The notes below the pieces were generated by a model, which ran no database searches, had not been told where the DNA came from, and saw only the letters and a list, made by a program, of their open reading frames with translations. Positions 40,879 to 51,239 of a stretch of 64,000 bases of DNA are shown here, piece by piece. Location: the NCBI GenBank assembly GCA_025055635.1, contig JANWWQ010000006.1:1116-65115 (forward strand), written 5' to 3'. How positions within the stretch are numbered: position 1 is the first letter of the stretch; the number at the start of each line of letters is the position of its first letter. A program made the translations under genes and the position numbers. This DNA comes from Flavobacteriales bacterium. GTDB taxonomy: Bacteria; Bacteroidota; Bacteroidia; CAIKAF01.

Positions 40879-42072
40879 TTATTCAAAATCAGGATAAAGG
40901 AGATACTTCTTTCTTATACTTTTAAATTTTATCAAATCCTCCTGCCAAGATCTTCGGATCTCGGCTTCCGGTACAGCGGCTTGTATTTGTTCACGAAGCT
41001 TGGGCGTACCTGCAAGCTTGTCAAAGTAAGGTGTAAAAAAATCTCCTCCGATTTTCCGGTAGGCCTCTATGATCCAGAACAATTCTATACGGCCTTGCTC
41101 CTTGAGAAAATGTAAGGCATAAGCACTCAGGTCATAGCCTCGGCATTCCTGGCCACTGTATTTGGGCTGATCGCTCATACCAGCTATGGGGCGGGGGATG
41201 AACTTAACCGGAGCCTCAGCCCAACGGGGATGGCCCACAACAGTGAAGGGCCGTTCCGTACCACGACCCACACTCATCACGGTTCCTTCAAATAGCCCCA
41301 AGGTGGGATATAAATATACGGACTCCTCCGTATTGAGGTTGGGAGAAGGGGGGATGGGCAATCTGTATCGGCTTTTGTGCGTGTATTGTAAACAGGGAAT
41401 TACGGTGAGGTCGCATACAAGGCCGTCACGCAGCCACTTTTCGCCGTTTATCATGAGGGCATATTCGCCGACGGTCATTCCATGAACGATAGGAACAGGA
41501 TGCATCCCCACAAAGCTGGAACAAGCGCTTTCCAGAACAGGACCGTCCACGTAGTAGCCATTGGGATTGGGCCGATCCAGCACAAGGAATTTTTTACCCT
41601 GTTCCGCGGCGGCTTCCATACATAGTGACATTGTGGATATGTAGGTGTAAAAACGCGCACCTACATCCTGAATATCAAACACAAGTACATCTACGTCTTC
41701 TAGGTCCTTCACAGTAGGCTTTTTCTTTACTCCATAGAGAGAGACCACTGTAATACCTGTTGCGGGATCCTTATAGCTGGCTACAGGCGCTCCAGCGGGC
41801 TGGTCGCCCCGGTAGCCATGTTCAGGACCAAAGATTTTGGTAATTTTCACTCCAAGACTTCGGAGCGTGTCCACCAGATGGCGATTCCCACAGCGGGATG
41901 TGGGGTTCACAATGAGTCCCACACGACGGCCCTGCAGAAAAGAAAGATATTGGTCCAAGCGCTCAGCTCCGCAGACTATAGAGCTCTCGTCTACGACAGA
42001 AATGTTGTGGGCTGATGCGATTGGCCAGAAAGCCAATATTGCCACCTTAATCCCTGCTCCAAAGATTTTCAT
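40879..42072 (-). CDS. DUF1343 exo-beta-N-acetylmuramidase (NamZ/YbbC family)
   Basis: FGPEHG, FDIQDVGARFYTY, LDRPNP, HGMTVGE, PSPN. Confidence 0.9.
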   Translation of the reverse strand: MKIFGAGIKVAILAFWPIASAHNISVVDESSIVCGAERLDQYLSFLQGRRVGLIVNPTSRCGNRHLVDTLRSLGVKITKIFGPEHGYRGDQPAGAPVASYKDPATGITVVSLYGVKKKPTVKDLEDVDVLVFDIQDVGARFYTYISTMSLCMEAAAEQGKKFLVLDRPNPNGYYVDGPVLESACSSFVGMHPVPIVHGMTVGEYALMINGEKWLRDGLVCDLTVIPCLQYTHKSRYRLPIPPSPNLNTEESVYLYPTLGLFEGTVMSVGRGTERPFTVVGHPRWAEAPVKFIPRPIAGMSDQPKYSGQECRGYDLSAYALHFLKEQGRIELFWIIEAYRKIGGDFFTPYFDKLAGTPKLREQIQAAVPEAEIRRSWQEDLIKFKSIRKKYLLYPDFE

Positions 42073-42121
42073 AAAGGAACAAATTTCCTAAATTCTTTCA
42101 CCTTTGCACAGCTGGAAGCCT

Positions 42122-43315
42122 ATGATTGTATGGCTTGCAAAGGCCTGGAATCGGTCTGGACCGGGCGCCCTCTCGCTCTCTACCGTGCGCATTGCGGCCA
42201 TCTCGCTTTTCCTTGGCACGCTTGTGATGGTACTGTCTCTGGCTACGGTGCACGGGTTTCGCAAGGCCATACGCATGCGGGCGGCAGCTTTTGTGGGGCA
42301 CCTGGTGGTGCAATCCTATGGTGCTTCGGATACCCGCCTGCCCTTTCTAGAGGAGGATCCTCAATTAGTCGGCCACCTGCGGTTATTACCCGATATAGTG
42401 GCCGTCAATCCGGTGCTTACCAGACCAGCTATTGTTAAAACCGGGGATGACATCACCGGAGTGATGGTGAAGGGGGTGGCTTCGGATTTTAATGGGCTGG
42501 GTATTTTTCGCGTGCCTCCGCCGGGCTGGCTGTACATTTCTCGATTGCTAGCCCAACGTTTGGGTCTGGACAGCAGCGCCACAGCCAAGGTGTATTTCCT
42601 AACGCCCGACACGCTGGGCGGCTTAACCCTGCGTCTGCCCAGAACTTATCAGGTGGCGGTGGGATACCATACCGGCCTACAAGAATTGGATGAAGCCTTG
42701 GCCCTCGCCTCCCTTGAGGATCTCAGGGAAGTGTTCTGCCCCCCTGGAGTACCATGTGTCACATCCTATGAATGCCATTTTAACCATCCGCCAGACCCTG
42801 AAGTGGCTGAGAGAATATCCCTTTTGCTTCCCCCGGACGTTTCCCTGCTGACCACCCGCGATATTCTTCCCCAACTTCACGAATGGCTGGATTATTTGGA
42901 TGTGAACATCTTCATTATCTCGGCTCTGCTACTTGCCGTAGGATTGCTGAGCACAGCCGCCGCATTTCTAACACTTGTTTTGGAAAGGGGCCGGGCTGTG
43001 GCCCTGCTGAGGGCTCTGGGTATGGCTCCACGGCTTATTTTGGCAACGTTTGCGTGGCGTTTTGCGGGAATTGTCCTAATCAGCGTGGTTTTGGGCGATC
43101 TGGTAGCTCTGGGGCTGATTACCGTGCAAACACAATTCTCTCTGGTGCCCCTAGACCCTGAGACGTATTACTTGGATACAGTCCCTATGGCTTGGGATGG
43201 GTTACGCACCTTGCTCATTAACGGCTTATCCATAGTATTAGCCGGGGTGGCCATGCTGATACCAGCTATCTACATCTGGCGTATGCGCATCAGCCAGGCC
43301 CTGCGCATGGAATAA
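42122..43315 (+). CDS. LolC/E family ABC transporter permease (FtsX-like)
   Basis: N-terminal TM, periplasmic domain, LVLERGRAVALLRALG, LDPETYYLDTVP. Confidence 0.85.
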   Translation: MIVWLAKAWNRSGPGALSLSTVRIAAISLFLGTLVMVLSLATVHGFRKAIRMRAAAFVGHLVVQSYGASDTRLPFLEEDPQLVGHLRLLPDIVAVNPVLTRPAIVKTGDDITGVMVKGVASDFNGLGIFRVPPPGWLYISRLLAQRLGLDSSATAKVYFLTPDTLGGLTLRLPRTYQVAVGYHTGLQELDEALALASLEDLREVFCPPGVPCVTSYECHFNHPPDPEVAERISLLLPPDVSLLTTRDILPQLHEWLDYLDVNIFIISALLLAVGLLSTAAAFLTLVLERGRAVALLRALGMAPRLILATFAWRFAGIVLISVVLGDLVALGLITVQTQFSLVPLDPETYYLDTVPMAWDGLRTLLINGLSIVLAGVAMLIPAIYIWRMRISQALRME

Positions 43316-43511
43316 TTGTAAGACCATTCCAAACAGAATTAATTATTCTAAAATTATGAAAAATTTGAGGTAAATAATCAGGAAGATTGAAAATTTATTA
43401 GTTTTTTTTCCAATATGAATTCCAACTAATTAATCAGAAATATTAAAACCTTTTTCATTAATGAATTAAACACACTTACAAGTAAAGTAAAATTTAGAAC
43501 AAAATAGGCTT

Positions 43512-44813
43512 TTAACGCAACAAAGCCAGCTTATGTAAAGCGATGCGACCTTCTTGTTCAACCCGAACAACATAAAGGCCTTCGGAAAAATCTTGGAGGG
43601 ATAAGGTTATCGGAAAGGATAAAACTTTGTTAGTTGATATGAAACGACCCTGCAAATCCATTAATTGAACGAGCCCCTCCGATTCCATACCAGTCTCAAT
43701 AGTTATTAAATCCCGCGTGGGATTGGGAAATATCTGAACTGCCAAGGGAGCTGTGGATTCAGGGAAGGAAGCATTGCAAGGTGAAAAAGCCTTACCTGGA
43801 GATCCGTAGAGGCAGCCGATAAACCAGGAATTCGGAGAGCATACATCCTGGCTGGGGTTGAATAATGTGTCCAGCTCCAATGTGTAACCCCCTCCATCCG
43901 CCTCCAACGGCCAAGGTAACTTATCAGCATAGCAGACGGTGAACTTCAGACGATCCTGGCTATCATAAATCCTGATGCAATCGCCGGAGTTGCTAAGGCC
44001 GAAAGAAAAGGGCCCCACTTTGTTCGTTACATGAGGAAACATAGCTGAAAAAGCTGCCGCATCCCGATACACCACCAAGCGAGCTTTAGGATTCAAATAA
44101 GTGTTGGGAGGCAATTGAAACACATTCCCATTGTTATCGTCCCGAACATACCAGTTGCTGATGTTGACGGGGGAATTAGAAGTATTCCATAATTCAAACC
44201 AATCGGCCGGGTTATTCACTGAGTCGGAATTATAGTTGATTTCTGAAACCACTACCACCTCGCTGGTACAGGGTGTAAAGGGGGCATTGGGTGATCCCAG
44301 GACACAACCACAGCGCCAGTTGGCGGGATCATTGGGGTTTCCTTGCGGATCAATGATTTCCAAGGTACGGCCCATACCGTCAGCACATTTGCTCCAGGGC
44401 AAACTATCGTCGTAGGTAAGCTGCACTTTCACGATACCATTTTGATCCATTAGGGTGATCTGTTCCCCCGAACCAGCCAATCCAAAGCTGAGAGGTCCAA
44501 GACGGGGAATGCCCGGAAAACGTTGGTCAAACTTGATGAGATTTTCGGCCAATACGAGCCTTCCATTGGGAGGAATCACAGTGCCCGTAGGTATCGTGAA
44601 GGCGTTGGCCGGCTGGCTGTCCATGATTTTCCAGAGGGATAAATCCACTGAGGATGTGGAATAATTAAACAATTCAATCCAATCGCCGGAACTATTGAGC
44701 GAATCACTATTGTAATTAATTTCACTGATGGCAATTTGGGCTTGAACCACAGCGATGGACCCTGGAAAAATGGAAGAGGCCCCAAGGAGCAGTCCTAGGA
44801 GAGTAATTTTCAT
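43512..44813 (-). CDS. T9SS cargo protein with two tandem lamin-tail domains
   Basis: Repeated SEINYN...DW(I/F)EL units; C-terminal IFPNP...GLYVV...K sorting domain. Confidence 0.85.
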   Translation of the reverse strand: MKITLLGLLLGASSIFPGSIAVVQAQIAISEINYNSDSLNSSGDWIELFNYSTSSVDLSLWKIMDSQPANAFTIPTGTVIPPNGRLVLAENLIKFDQRFPGIPRLGPLSFGLAGSGEQITLMDQNGIVKVQLTYDDSLPWSKCADGMGRTLEIIDPQGNPNDPANWRCGCVLGSPNAPFTPCTSEVVVVSEINYNSDSVNNPADWFELWNTSNSPVNISNWYVRDDNNGNVFQLPPNTYLNPKARLVVYRDAAAFSAMFPHVTNKVGPFSFGLSNSGDCIRIYDSQDRLKFTVCYADKLPWPLEADGGGYTLELDTLFNPSQDVCSPNSWFIGCLYGSPGKAFSPCNASFPESTAPLAVQIFPNPTRDLITIETGMESEGLVQLMDLQGRFISTNKVLSFPITLSLQDFSEGLYVVRVEQEGRIALHKLALLR

Positions 44814-44951
44814 TACAGAAGGTTTAAGTTTTTACAAAGGTAAGAGCCCTTCCTTTAAGGCAAAGTTAAGTTTTTTCAGTACCAACACTTTGGAAAGTAT
44901 TTAACACGTAAGGGAACATCAAGCACATTCCCCAAACACTACTTTTGAGCT

Positions 44952-45770
44952 ATGTGGCGGCGCCTATACTACTTGCTTCCAGCATCTTTGCGATTTGCCG
45001 CCCGGTGGTTGTTTTATCTACCCTACGACCTGGTAAATCCTCCGCCTCCCTTGGTTCCCCCCCGACGATTAATATTCACGGGCCGAGGTCCTTTCGTGCG
45101 CCAAGGTGATGAGTGGCTGGCATTCTTTCGGGCAGAAGGCCTCCAACCCCATCAAAATTTTCTGGATATAGGTTCAGGAATAGGCCGTATAGCTCGTCCG
45201 CTTACGGGTTACCTGGTGGGCTCATACGAAGGTTTTGACGTCGTAAGGACCGGAGTGCGCTGGTGCCAAAAGAATATAACTTCCCTTTATCCCCACTTCC
45301 GCTTCACTTGCGTACCACTCTATAACGACCTTTACACGAGCCACGGAGACCGGGCCGACAAGTTTAAGTTTCCCTACGAGAACAATCGTTTTCATTTTGC
45401 TTGCGCAATTTCTGTATTTACCCATCTATTGCCAGATGAAACATGGAATTACCTGCTGGAATCAGCCCGGGTTTTAAGACCCGGGGGACGCTTGGTGGCC
45501 ACATTTTTTGTGTTCCGAAGCGACGAAGAGCTATCCCGTTCAGGAGTCTTCCAATTTCCCTTTGTTCACGGCCATTACGCTTTAATGAGTCGCCGGGTAA
45601 AACGGGCCAACGTGGCTTACCGCTTTGATTTCTTAGAAAAGGTCAGTGAAGACTGCGGTTTCAGAATTCTAAAAACCATTGAAGGTGCCTGGAAAGGTCA
45701 ACAGATGCACCATCCCGTTGCTTTCCAGGATGTGTGGGTACTGGAGCGTCAATCTGCGGTTAAACATTAG
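44952..45770 (+). CDS. Class I SAM-dependent methyltransferase
   Basis: LDIGSGIGR, SVFTHL, RVLRPGG. Confidence 0.87.
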   Translation: MWRRLYYLLPASLRFAARWLFYLPYDLVNPPPPLVPPRRLIFTGRGPFVRQGDEWLAFFRAEGLQPHQNFLDIGSGIGRIARPLTGYLVGSYEGFDVVRTGVRWCQKNITSLYPHFRFTCVPLYNDLYTSHGDRADKFKFPYENNRFHFACAISVFTHLLPDETWNYLLESARVLRPGGRLVATFFVFRSDEELSRSGVFQFPFVHGHYALMSRRVKRANVAYRFDFLEKVSEDCGFRILKTIEGAWKGQQMHHPVAFQDVWVLERQSAVKH

Positions 45771-45799
45771 AAGGGTGAGGCCGGTTGTACCTTTGCTTT

Positions 45800-46384
45800 A
45801 TGATGTTCCGTTTGCGGCTGCGCACCGATCCGCAATGGGCCTCACTGGCTACGGCTCACCCGGAGGAAATCCTTAGTGATCATGCATGGTGTGAACAAAA
45901 AGCTGCTTCCACGGCCATTTCTCTAATTAACCAATATTCGGAATTTCCAACCCTCGTTGAAGCCATGACAGACTTGGTTCGTGAGGAGTGGGAACATTTT
46001 TCCCGCGTATTAGAAATCCTCAAGCGCCGGGGGCTCCGACTGCGTCCACAAAGACGGGACAACTATGTGAATGAACTAATGGCCTGGCGCACCACGTCAC
46101 ACCACAAACTGGATCGTCTGCGCGACCATCTGCTGGTAGCGGCTATGGTGGAAGCCCGAAGCTGTGACCGCTTTAGGGTGCTTTCAGAGAATATTTCTGA
46201 CCCGGAACTGCGGGCGTTTTATAGGGATTTAATGGAAAGCGAAGCCACTCACTATACAGTATTTATAACCCTGGCCCGGGAACTCACGGGACGGGCCCTC
46301 ACCGATGCGCGCTGGACAAACCTTTTGGATTATGAAGATGCAATCATCAGAAAGTACTGTCAGGGGACAGCCATCCACGGATGA
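45800..46384 (+). CDS. miaE: tRNA-(ms2io6A) hydroxylase, MiaE family (di-iron ferritin-like)
   Basis: DHAWCEQKAA, EEWEHF, EARSCDRF, SEATH. Confidence 0.9.
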   Translation: MMFRLRLRTDPQWASLATAHPEEILSDHAWCEQKAASTAISLINQYSEFPTLVEAMTDLVREEWEHFSRVLEILKRRGLRLRPQRRDNYVNELMAWRTTSHHKLDRLRDHLLVAAMVEARSCDRFRVLSENISDPELRAFYRDLMESEATHYTVFITLARELTGRALTDARWTNLLDYEDAIIRKYCQGTAIHG

Positions 46385-46742
46385 CGGCCCCAGACCTAAT
46401 TTACCCAAACCTCCCTTTTCTGCCGGCTTCTACCTGGCCCATTTCTATTTCACTTTACATATCTTGATTGGGTTAACTACGGAAGGTTTTAAGCTACTGA
46501 CTACGGGCCATTACCGTCTAGTGGGTATTGCCACCTGGCCCTGGACGATCACGGGGCGTATGGAACCTTTGATAATCTCTATCGTGCTCCATGCCGCGGC
46601 TCTCCTGCACGTAGCCCTGCAAATCAGAAACCGGCTTGATACATATCCCATAAACTTGCGCACCATGGGAATCTATGTGATATTTATTTTAAGCCTTCAA
46701 ATACAAATCATTCGCTTTTTTGCCTGGTTGATTGGAATTTAA
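46338..46742 (+). CDS. Hypothetical small membrane protein
   Basis: Open frame with about 3 hydrophobic segments filling the miaE-nadD gap; start uncertain. Confidence 0.35.
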   Translation: MQSSESTVRGQPSTDDGPRPNLPKPPFSAGFYLAHFYFTLHILIGLTTEGFKLLTTGHYRLVGIATWPWTITGRMEPLIISIVLHAAALLHVALQIRNRLDTYPINLRTMGIYVIFILSLQIQIIRFFAWLIGI

Positions 46743-46814
46743 TGTTTTCAGGGAAAAGCTAATTAAGGATTTGATCAAAAAATAATTTCAATAAAATACC
46801 TAAGAAATGCCCTG

Positions 46815-47432
46815 TCATCTTTTTTTATAAAAATTCATTTCATCCAGGTACAGCCATGCCTCATGGGGCATGAGGTGGCGGACGCTGCGTCCCCGGATAA
46901 TCCATTGGCGTAACATACTGGAAGAAATCTCTACCACAGGGGCAGGGGCCAAGCGGAAATTACTGAACAGATGGGCATGCGAGGCGTCGTGAGGAGGCCA
47001 ACTTAAAGGGGCACCCACGCGGGGGTATACAAGTACTTCACAATGCGTGGCAATCCACTCGCACTCGCGCCATTTAGGAAAAGTGGGCACATTATCGGCC
47101 CCCATTATTAAGAAAAACTTCTCCTGAGGATACTTTTCCATTAGTAGCCGAAGGGTGTTGACGGTATAACTCGGCAGAGGAAGGTGTTTTTCCACCTCGC
47201 ATACGGACATCCGATTATCATCACCTATGGCCCTTCGGAGTAATTCCACCCGATGATGAAACGGCAGTAGGTTTTCCCTACGCTTAAAAGGATTCTGGGG
47301 CGAGACAACAAACCAGAAGCGGTCCACATAATTTTCAGCGAGGAAATAGGCCGCTATAGCCATGTGACCAATATGTACGGGGTTAAAGGAACCAAAAAAC
47401 AGGCCTGTGCGACGTTTTTTATCAACGGCCAT
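46815..47432 (-). CDS. nadD: Nicotinate-nucleotide adenylyltransferase
   Basis: GSFNPVHIGH, SPQNPFK, MGADN, ISSS. Confidence 0.94.
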   Translation of the reverse strand: MAVDKKRRTGLFFGSFNPVHIGHMAIAAYFLAENYVDRFWFVVSPQNPFKRRENLLPFHHRVELLRRAIGDDNRMSVCEVEKHLPLPSYTVNTLRLLMEKYPQEKFFLIMGADNVPTFPKWRECEWIATHCEVLVYPRVGAPLSWPPHDASHAHLFSNFRLAPAPVVEISSSMLRQWIIRGRSVRHLMPHEAWLYLDEMNFYKKR

Positions 47433-48468
47433 AGGTGTCTACCAATTGGCGAAGGTAGGCCCTAAAAGCAGCAGGCGTTGCAAAAAGGGTATCGCGCCTG
47501 AGCTGCTCAGAATGGTATTGCCTTGCTATCACAAGGTTAGCGTTGTTGGGGGTGCGCAGAACGCGTGCTGCGGATTGGCAAGGAGGCCGCCAAGAGGTAT
47601 CTCTAGAAAAACATTCTGCCGAAAGCAGCGCAAAGAAGGCCGCTTTGGCCGAATCTTTCTGCATTGTATCCAGGGCCTGGAAAAAAGGAGAGCTGTAAAG
47701 GCTATCAAGCCTTTCAGCACAATGTAACAGATACTGGTCAACTCTTTGGGCCTCTTGAAGGGCCTTAAGATGCTGGATGTAAGGGTCACTCTCAGACCCG
47801 TATTTCTGACGCAGATATAGAAGAGCCCCTGCATTGCCCATTACGGTGGCGAGCCCTTCACTTAGTTCCGTGTTATCAGGGATATACAAAGTCGTATGGA
47901 ACATTTCATGGAACATAACGTTGGCTAAAAATCCCTCATCTTGTCGCAACAGGCCCGTGGTAAGTGGATCGGGGAAAAGGCCCAGCGTGCTCCAGGCATC
48001 CACAATACGCAGACGCACATCGTAACCGGCGGCCAGCAAACGCTCCCACTCGCGTCGGGCCATTATAGGATCCAAAAATGCTTTATAGCTGACGCATCCC
48101 GCTATCGGAAATCGCCATAAATAAGGCTTTAGCCGGTATTTTTCCGAGGCGGTCAACACATATAAGATACCCTCAGAATGTTCATAAAAACGTGTGTAGG
48201 CACGGGTATTTTTCAACCCCAGAGAATCCTGGGCATAGCGACGGATTTCCTGCGCCAGCAATAGCCGTTTTTTGAGGCTATCTGGAGTAGCCGGATCCGT
48301 CAACACACTCTCCACCGGACGGGAGCGGAACATCATAATAGCATATCCCTTCGCCAGGTGCCAGGTATAGATTATGGACTCTCCGGCCCGCCAAGCTCCG
48401 ATAAGGAAAGCTCCAACGAGAATATCTTTGGCCAGTAGTTTGAACACATTTATTTCAAGGCATCCCAT
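47422..48468 (-). CDS. Putative zinc aminopeptidase (DUF2265-like)
   Basis: WRFPIAGCVSYK, WSTLG, HEMFH...EGLA (HExxH+E). Confidence 0.8.
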   Translation of the reverse strand: MGCLEINVFKLLAKDILVGAFLIGAWRAGESIIYTWHLAKGYAIMMFRSRPVESVLTDPATPDSLKKRLLLAQEIRRYAQDSLGLKNTRAYTRFYEHSEGILYVLTASEKYRLKPYLWRFPIAGCVSYKAFLDPIMARREWERLLAAGYDVRLRIVDAWSTLGLFPDPLTTGLLRQDEGFLANVMFHEMFHTTLYIPDNTELSEGLATVMGNAGALLYLRQKYGSESDPYIQHLKALQEAQRVDQYLLHCAERLDSLYSSPFFQALDTMQKDSAKAAFFALLSAECFSRDTSWRPPCQSAARVLRTPNNANLVIARQYHSEQLRRDTLFATPAAFRAYLRQLVDTYGR

Positions 48469-48480
48469 GTATTACATCGT

Positions 48481-49935
48481 TTGGTTTTGGCGAGGATGAA
48501 TGTGGGTGGGTTCCGAAAAGTACTGGCAATTTTAGGCTTTCTAGGGATTGGGCCCATTGACCTGGTGGGACAATATTCAGCCCTCATCCAAAAGCTCACA
48601 TCAGACCGCCGGCTTGCGGGTGCTTCCTGGGCCATTTCCGTGGTGCGGTGCAGTGACGGGAAGACCCTCCTTTCTCACAACGCCGACCTTTGGCTGGTGC
48701 CGGCTTCCGTGCAGAAAATTCTCACCACGGCCGCAGCTCTGGAACTTCTGGGTCCCTACCACCGCTTTACTTCGCATTTTTATCTCAAGGATGAAAGGGC
48801 CCATGGCAACCTCTGGCAGGCCACCCTCTTAGTGGACCCCCACCTTAATCCTGCGTTCGGATCCGCTCTGTGGAAAGAGACGAGTCCCGATAGCATCTTC
48901 AGAAGCTTGGCCTTTCACCTGCGCAAGCTTGGACTGGAACCTCTCTGCCTGCGGGTAGTGCCCCTTGTGGCCACGACCGAAGCCTATAATCTGCCTGATT
49001 TCTGGTATCTGGAAGATGTCCTGTTCAAATATGGTACATGGCCAACGCCCTTTGTGTACAAGGAAAACAGTGCAGTCCTTTCCCTTCAGAAAGTGAAAGA
49101 CAGAATAGAAGTGCGGTACAATGGAAGTAGTGATATACCGGATTGGATTGAATTGAATGTGGTTCCAAAAAGTCCCTCCCAAAACATAGCTAAGGCAAGA
49201 CTGGTGGTGAAGGAAAATGAAATCAAATGGAATTATCAATTTAATATTCAGAAAATACGAGACTCCTTTCGGTTAAAAATACCCGATCTGGAGCCCCAAA
49301 AAACTTTTTTTAAGGAATTGAGAGCATTCTTAGAAAAAGAATTTGTAAGTGGAGAAGATTGCTTTGAATTTTCCTACGAAGAGGATATTTTTCAGTTAGG
49401 CAGGCATTTGCTCAGGGTGGAAGGACCCACGGTCAAGGAACTGGATTCCGTGATAAACCATGAATCCCACAATTTTTTTACTGAAATGTTGCTGCGGAAC
49501 CTTTTTCCCCAACACGTTTCTTATTCTGCTAAATTGGAAGCTCTCCAAACTTTCTGGCAGGAACGCACTGGTATCAGGCCTATGTTGAGCGACGCCTGCG
49601 GGCTGAGCCGCAGTAACCTCCTTTCGTGCAATTTAATTACTTCTGTACTTAGATATATGTATCAATCAGAGTGGTTTCAAGCATTTTATTCTTCCCTTCC
49701 CATTTGGGGTGTTTCCGGGACGCTAAAAGACTTGGGAGGCGGTCGCGAAAAAGCCTACCACAATGTGCGTGCAAAAAGCGGGTCTATGCGCCGAATTGCA
49801 GGTTATGCGGGGTATATCTTTCATCCCCAAGAGGGCATGCTGTGTTTTGCTCTTTTAATTAATAATTATATATCCGATTATAAAGAAATCAAGGAATTGG
49901 GAAATGAAATAATCAATCATTTTTTTTCAAATTAA
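48481..49935 (+). CDS. dacB: D-alanyl-D-alanine carboxypeptidase/endopeptidase (PBP4, S13 family)
   Basis: PASVQK (SxxK), SHN (SxN), DACGLSR, KSG. Confidence 0.88.
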   Translation: MVLARMNVGGFRKVLAILGFLGIGPIDLVGQYSALIQKLTSDRRLAGASWAISVVRCSDGKTLLSHNADLWLVPASVQKILTTAAALELLGPYHRFTSHFYLKDERAHGNLWQATLLVDPHLNPAFGSALWKETSPDSIFRSLAFHLRKLGLEPLCLRVVPLVATTEAYNLPDFWYLEDVLFKYGTWPTPFVYKENSAVLSLQKVKDRIEVRYNGSSDIPDWIELNVVPKSPSQNIAKARLVVKENEIKWNYQFNIQKIRDSFRLKIPDLEPQKTFFKELRAFLEKEFVSGEDCFEFSYEEDIFQLGRHLLRVEGPTVKELDSVINHESHNFFTEMLLRNLFPQHVSYSAKLEALQTFWQERTGIRPMLSDACGLSRSNLLSCNLITSVLRYMYQSEWFQAFYSSLPIWGVSGTLKDLGGGREKAYHNVRAKSGSMRRIAGYAGYIFHPQEGMLCFALLINNYISDYKEIKELGNEIINHFFSN

Positions 49936-50189
49936 AAAACCTTTTACAGGAAATCTGGTCTGTCCAGAATCCTTAATATTGTTGGATCGCAAAATGAGTC
50001 TTTGTGAAAAAATTAATTTTTCGTTCCGATACAAAAAGTGTAGGGCTTTTAATATCTAAGATTTGCTTAAGAAATAATGATCGTAAGATTTTCCCCTTAC
50101 ACCGTGTTAACTGTTAAAGGATTGAGGCCAAACTGAAGTTTTCAGAATTTCTAAGAAATAATTAAGTTGCGCACGGTTAAACCACCAAA

Positions 50190-51197
50190 ATGGCACCCAC
50201 CACTGTTGAGGCACGCAGAACCGTAGCCCTTACAGGAGCTTCTGGGCATTTGGGCCGGGCGCTCATAGAAGATCTCTTAAGACGGGGTTTCAACGTACGG
50301 ATATTGGTGCACAAAACACCCGTTCACGGCACACTGCCTAGCGAAGTCCAAATTTTTTATGGCAGCATATTGAGCCCGGAAAGTCTGAGCCCCTTTTTGA
50401 GGGATTGTGATTACCTTATTCATAGTGCCGCTCTCATTTCTCTTGACGGGGATAAAGGGGGACGCGTGCAGGCTGTTAATGTGGAAGGAACGCGTCATGT
50501 CCTGGATTGTGCCCTGCGCAATGGCGTGCGGAAGGTAATCCACGTGTCATCGATCCATGCCTTTAATTCCCGCCCTTGCCGAAAGCCATTGAATGAGGAG
50601 AGAGATTTATGTCCGCCGCGTTCTTCGGCTTATGATATATCTAAGCGGAGGTCTCAGGAGCTGGCACTATCCTATGTGGAGAAAGGCCTAAATGTGAGCG
50701 TGGTGTGCCCCACATCGCTGATAGGTCCTCCGGACTATGGTCCTTCCCCTCAGGGTAAGGCTTTGCTGGATATTGTAAAAGGAAAAGTACCGGCCGTTTT
50801 TCCGGGAGGGTATGATTTTCTGGATGTCCGGGACGCAGCCCATGCTATCGTTAATGCACTCACTCAGGCTATGGCCGGGCAAGCTTACATACTCTCTGGT
50901 GAATACGTCACTATACGGCAGCTTGTAGAATGGGTCCACGAATTTTCAGGAAGGCGTAAGTTGATACCAACTATTCCTTTTATAGCTGGATACACATTAT
51001 TGCCTTTTTTGGGCCTGTGGAGTAAGCTGAACCGTTCCCAAATCCGTTTTACACGCGAAATTTTGAAAACCCTTCAACACAGTCCTCGGCTCGTGGATTC
51101 TTCAAAAGCCAGAAAGGAGCTTGGGCTACAACCGAGGCCCATCAGAGAAAGTGTGCACGACACCCTTAAATGGTTTCTGGAAAATAACCTAATGTAA
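50190..51197 (+). CDS. NAD-dependent epimerase/dehydratase (3beta-HSD / dihydroflavonol reductase-like extended SDR)
   Basis: TGASGHLG, HSAALIS, VSSIHA, YDISK. Confidence 0.85.
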   Translation: MAPTTVEARRTVALTGASGHLGRALIEDLLRRGFNVRILVHKTPVHGTLPSEVQIFYGSILSPESLSPFLRDCDYLIHSAALISLDGDKGGRVQAVNVEGTRHVLDCALRNGVRKVIHVSSIHAFNSRPCRKPLNEERDLCPPRSSAYDISKRRSQELALSYVEKGLNVSVVCPTSLIGPPDYGPSPQGKALLDIVKGKVPAVFPGGYDFLDVRDAAHAIVNALTQAMAGQAYILSGEYVTIRQLVEWVHEFSGRRKLIPTIPFIAGYTLLPFLGLWSKLNRSQIRFTREILKTLQHSPRLVDSSKARKELGLQPRPIRESVHDTLKWFLENNLM

Positions 51198-51239
51198 TTG
51201 TAAATATCTAGGTTTGCCCGAAGTAAATTGTACGTTTTT

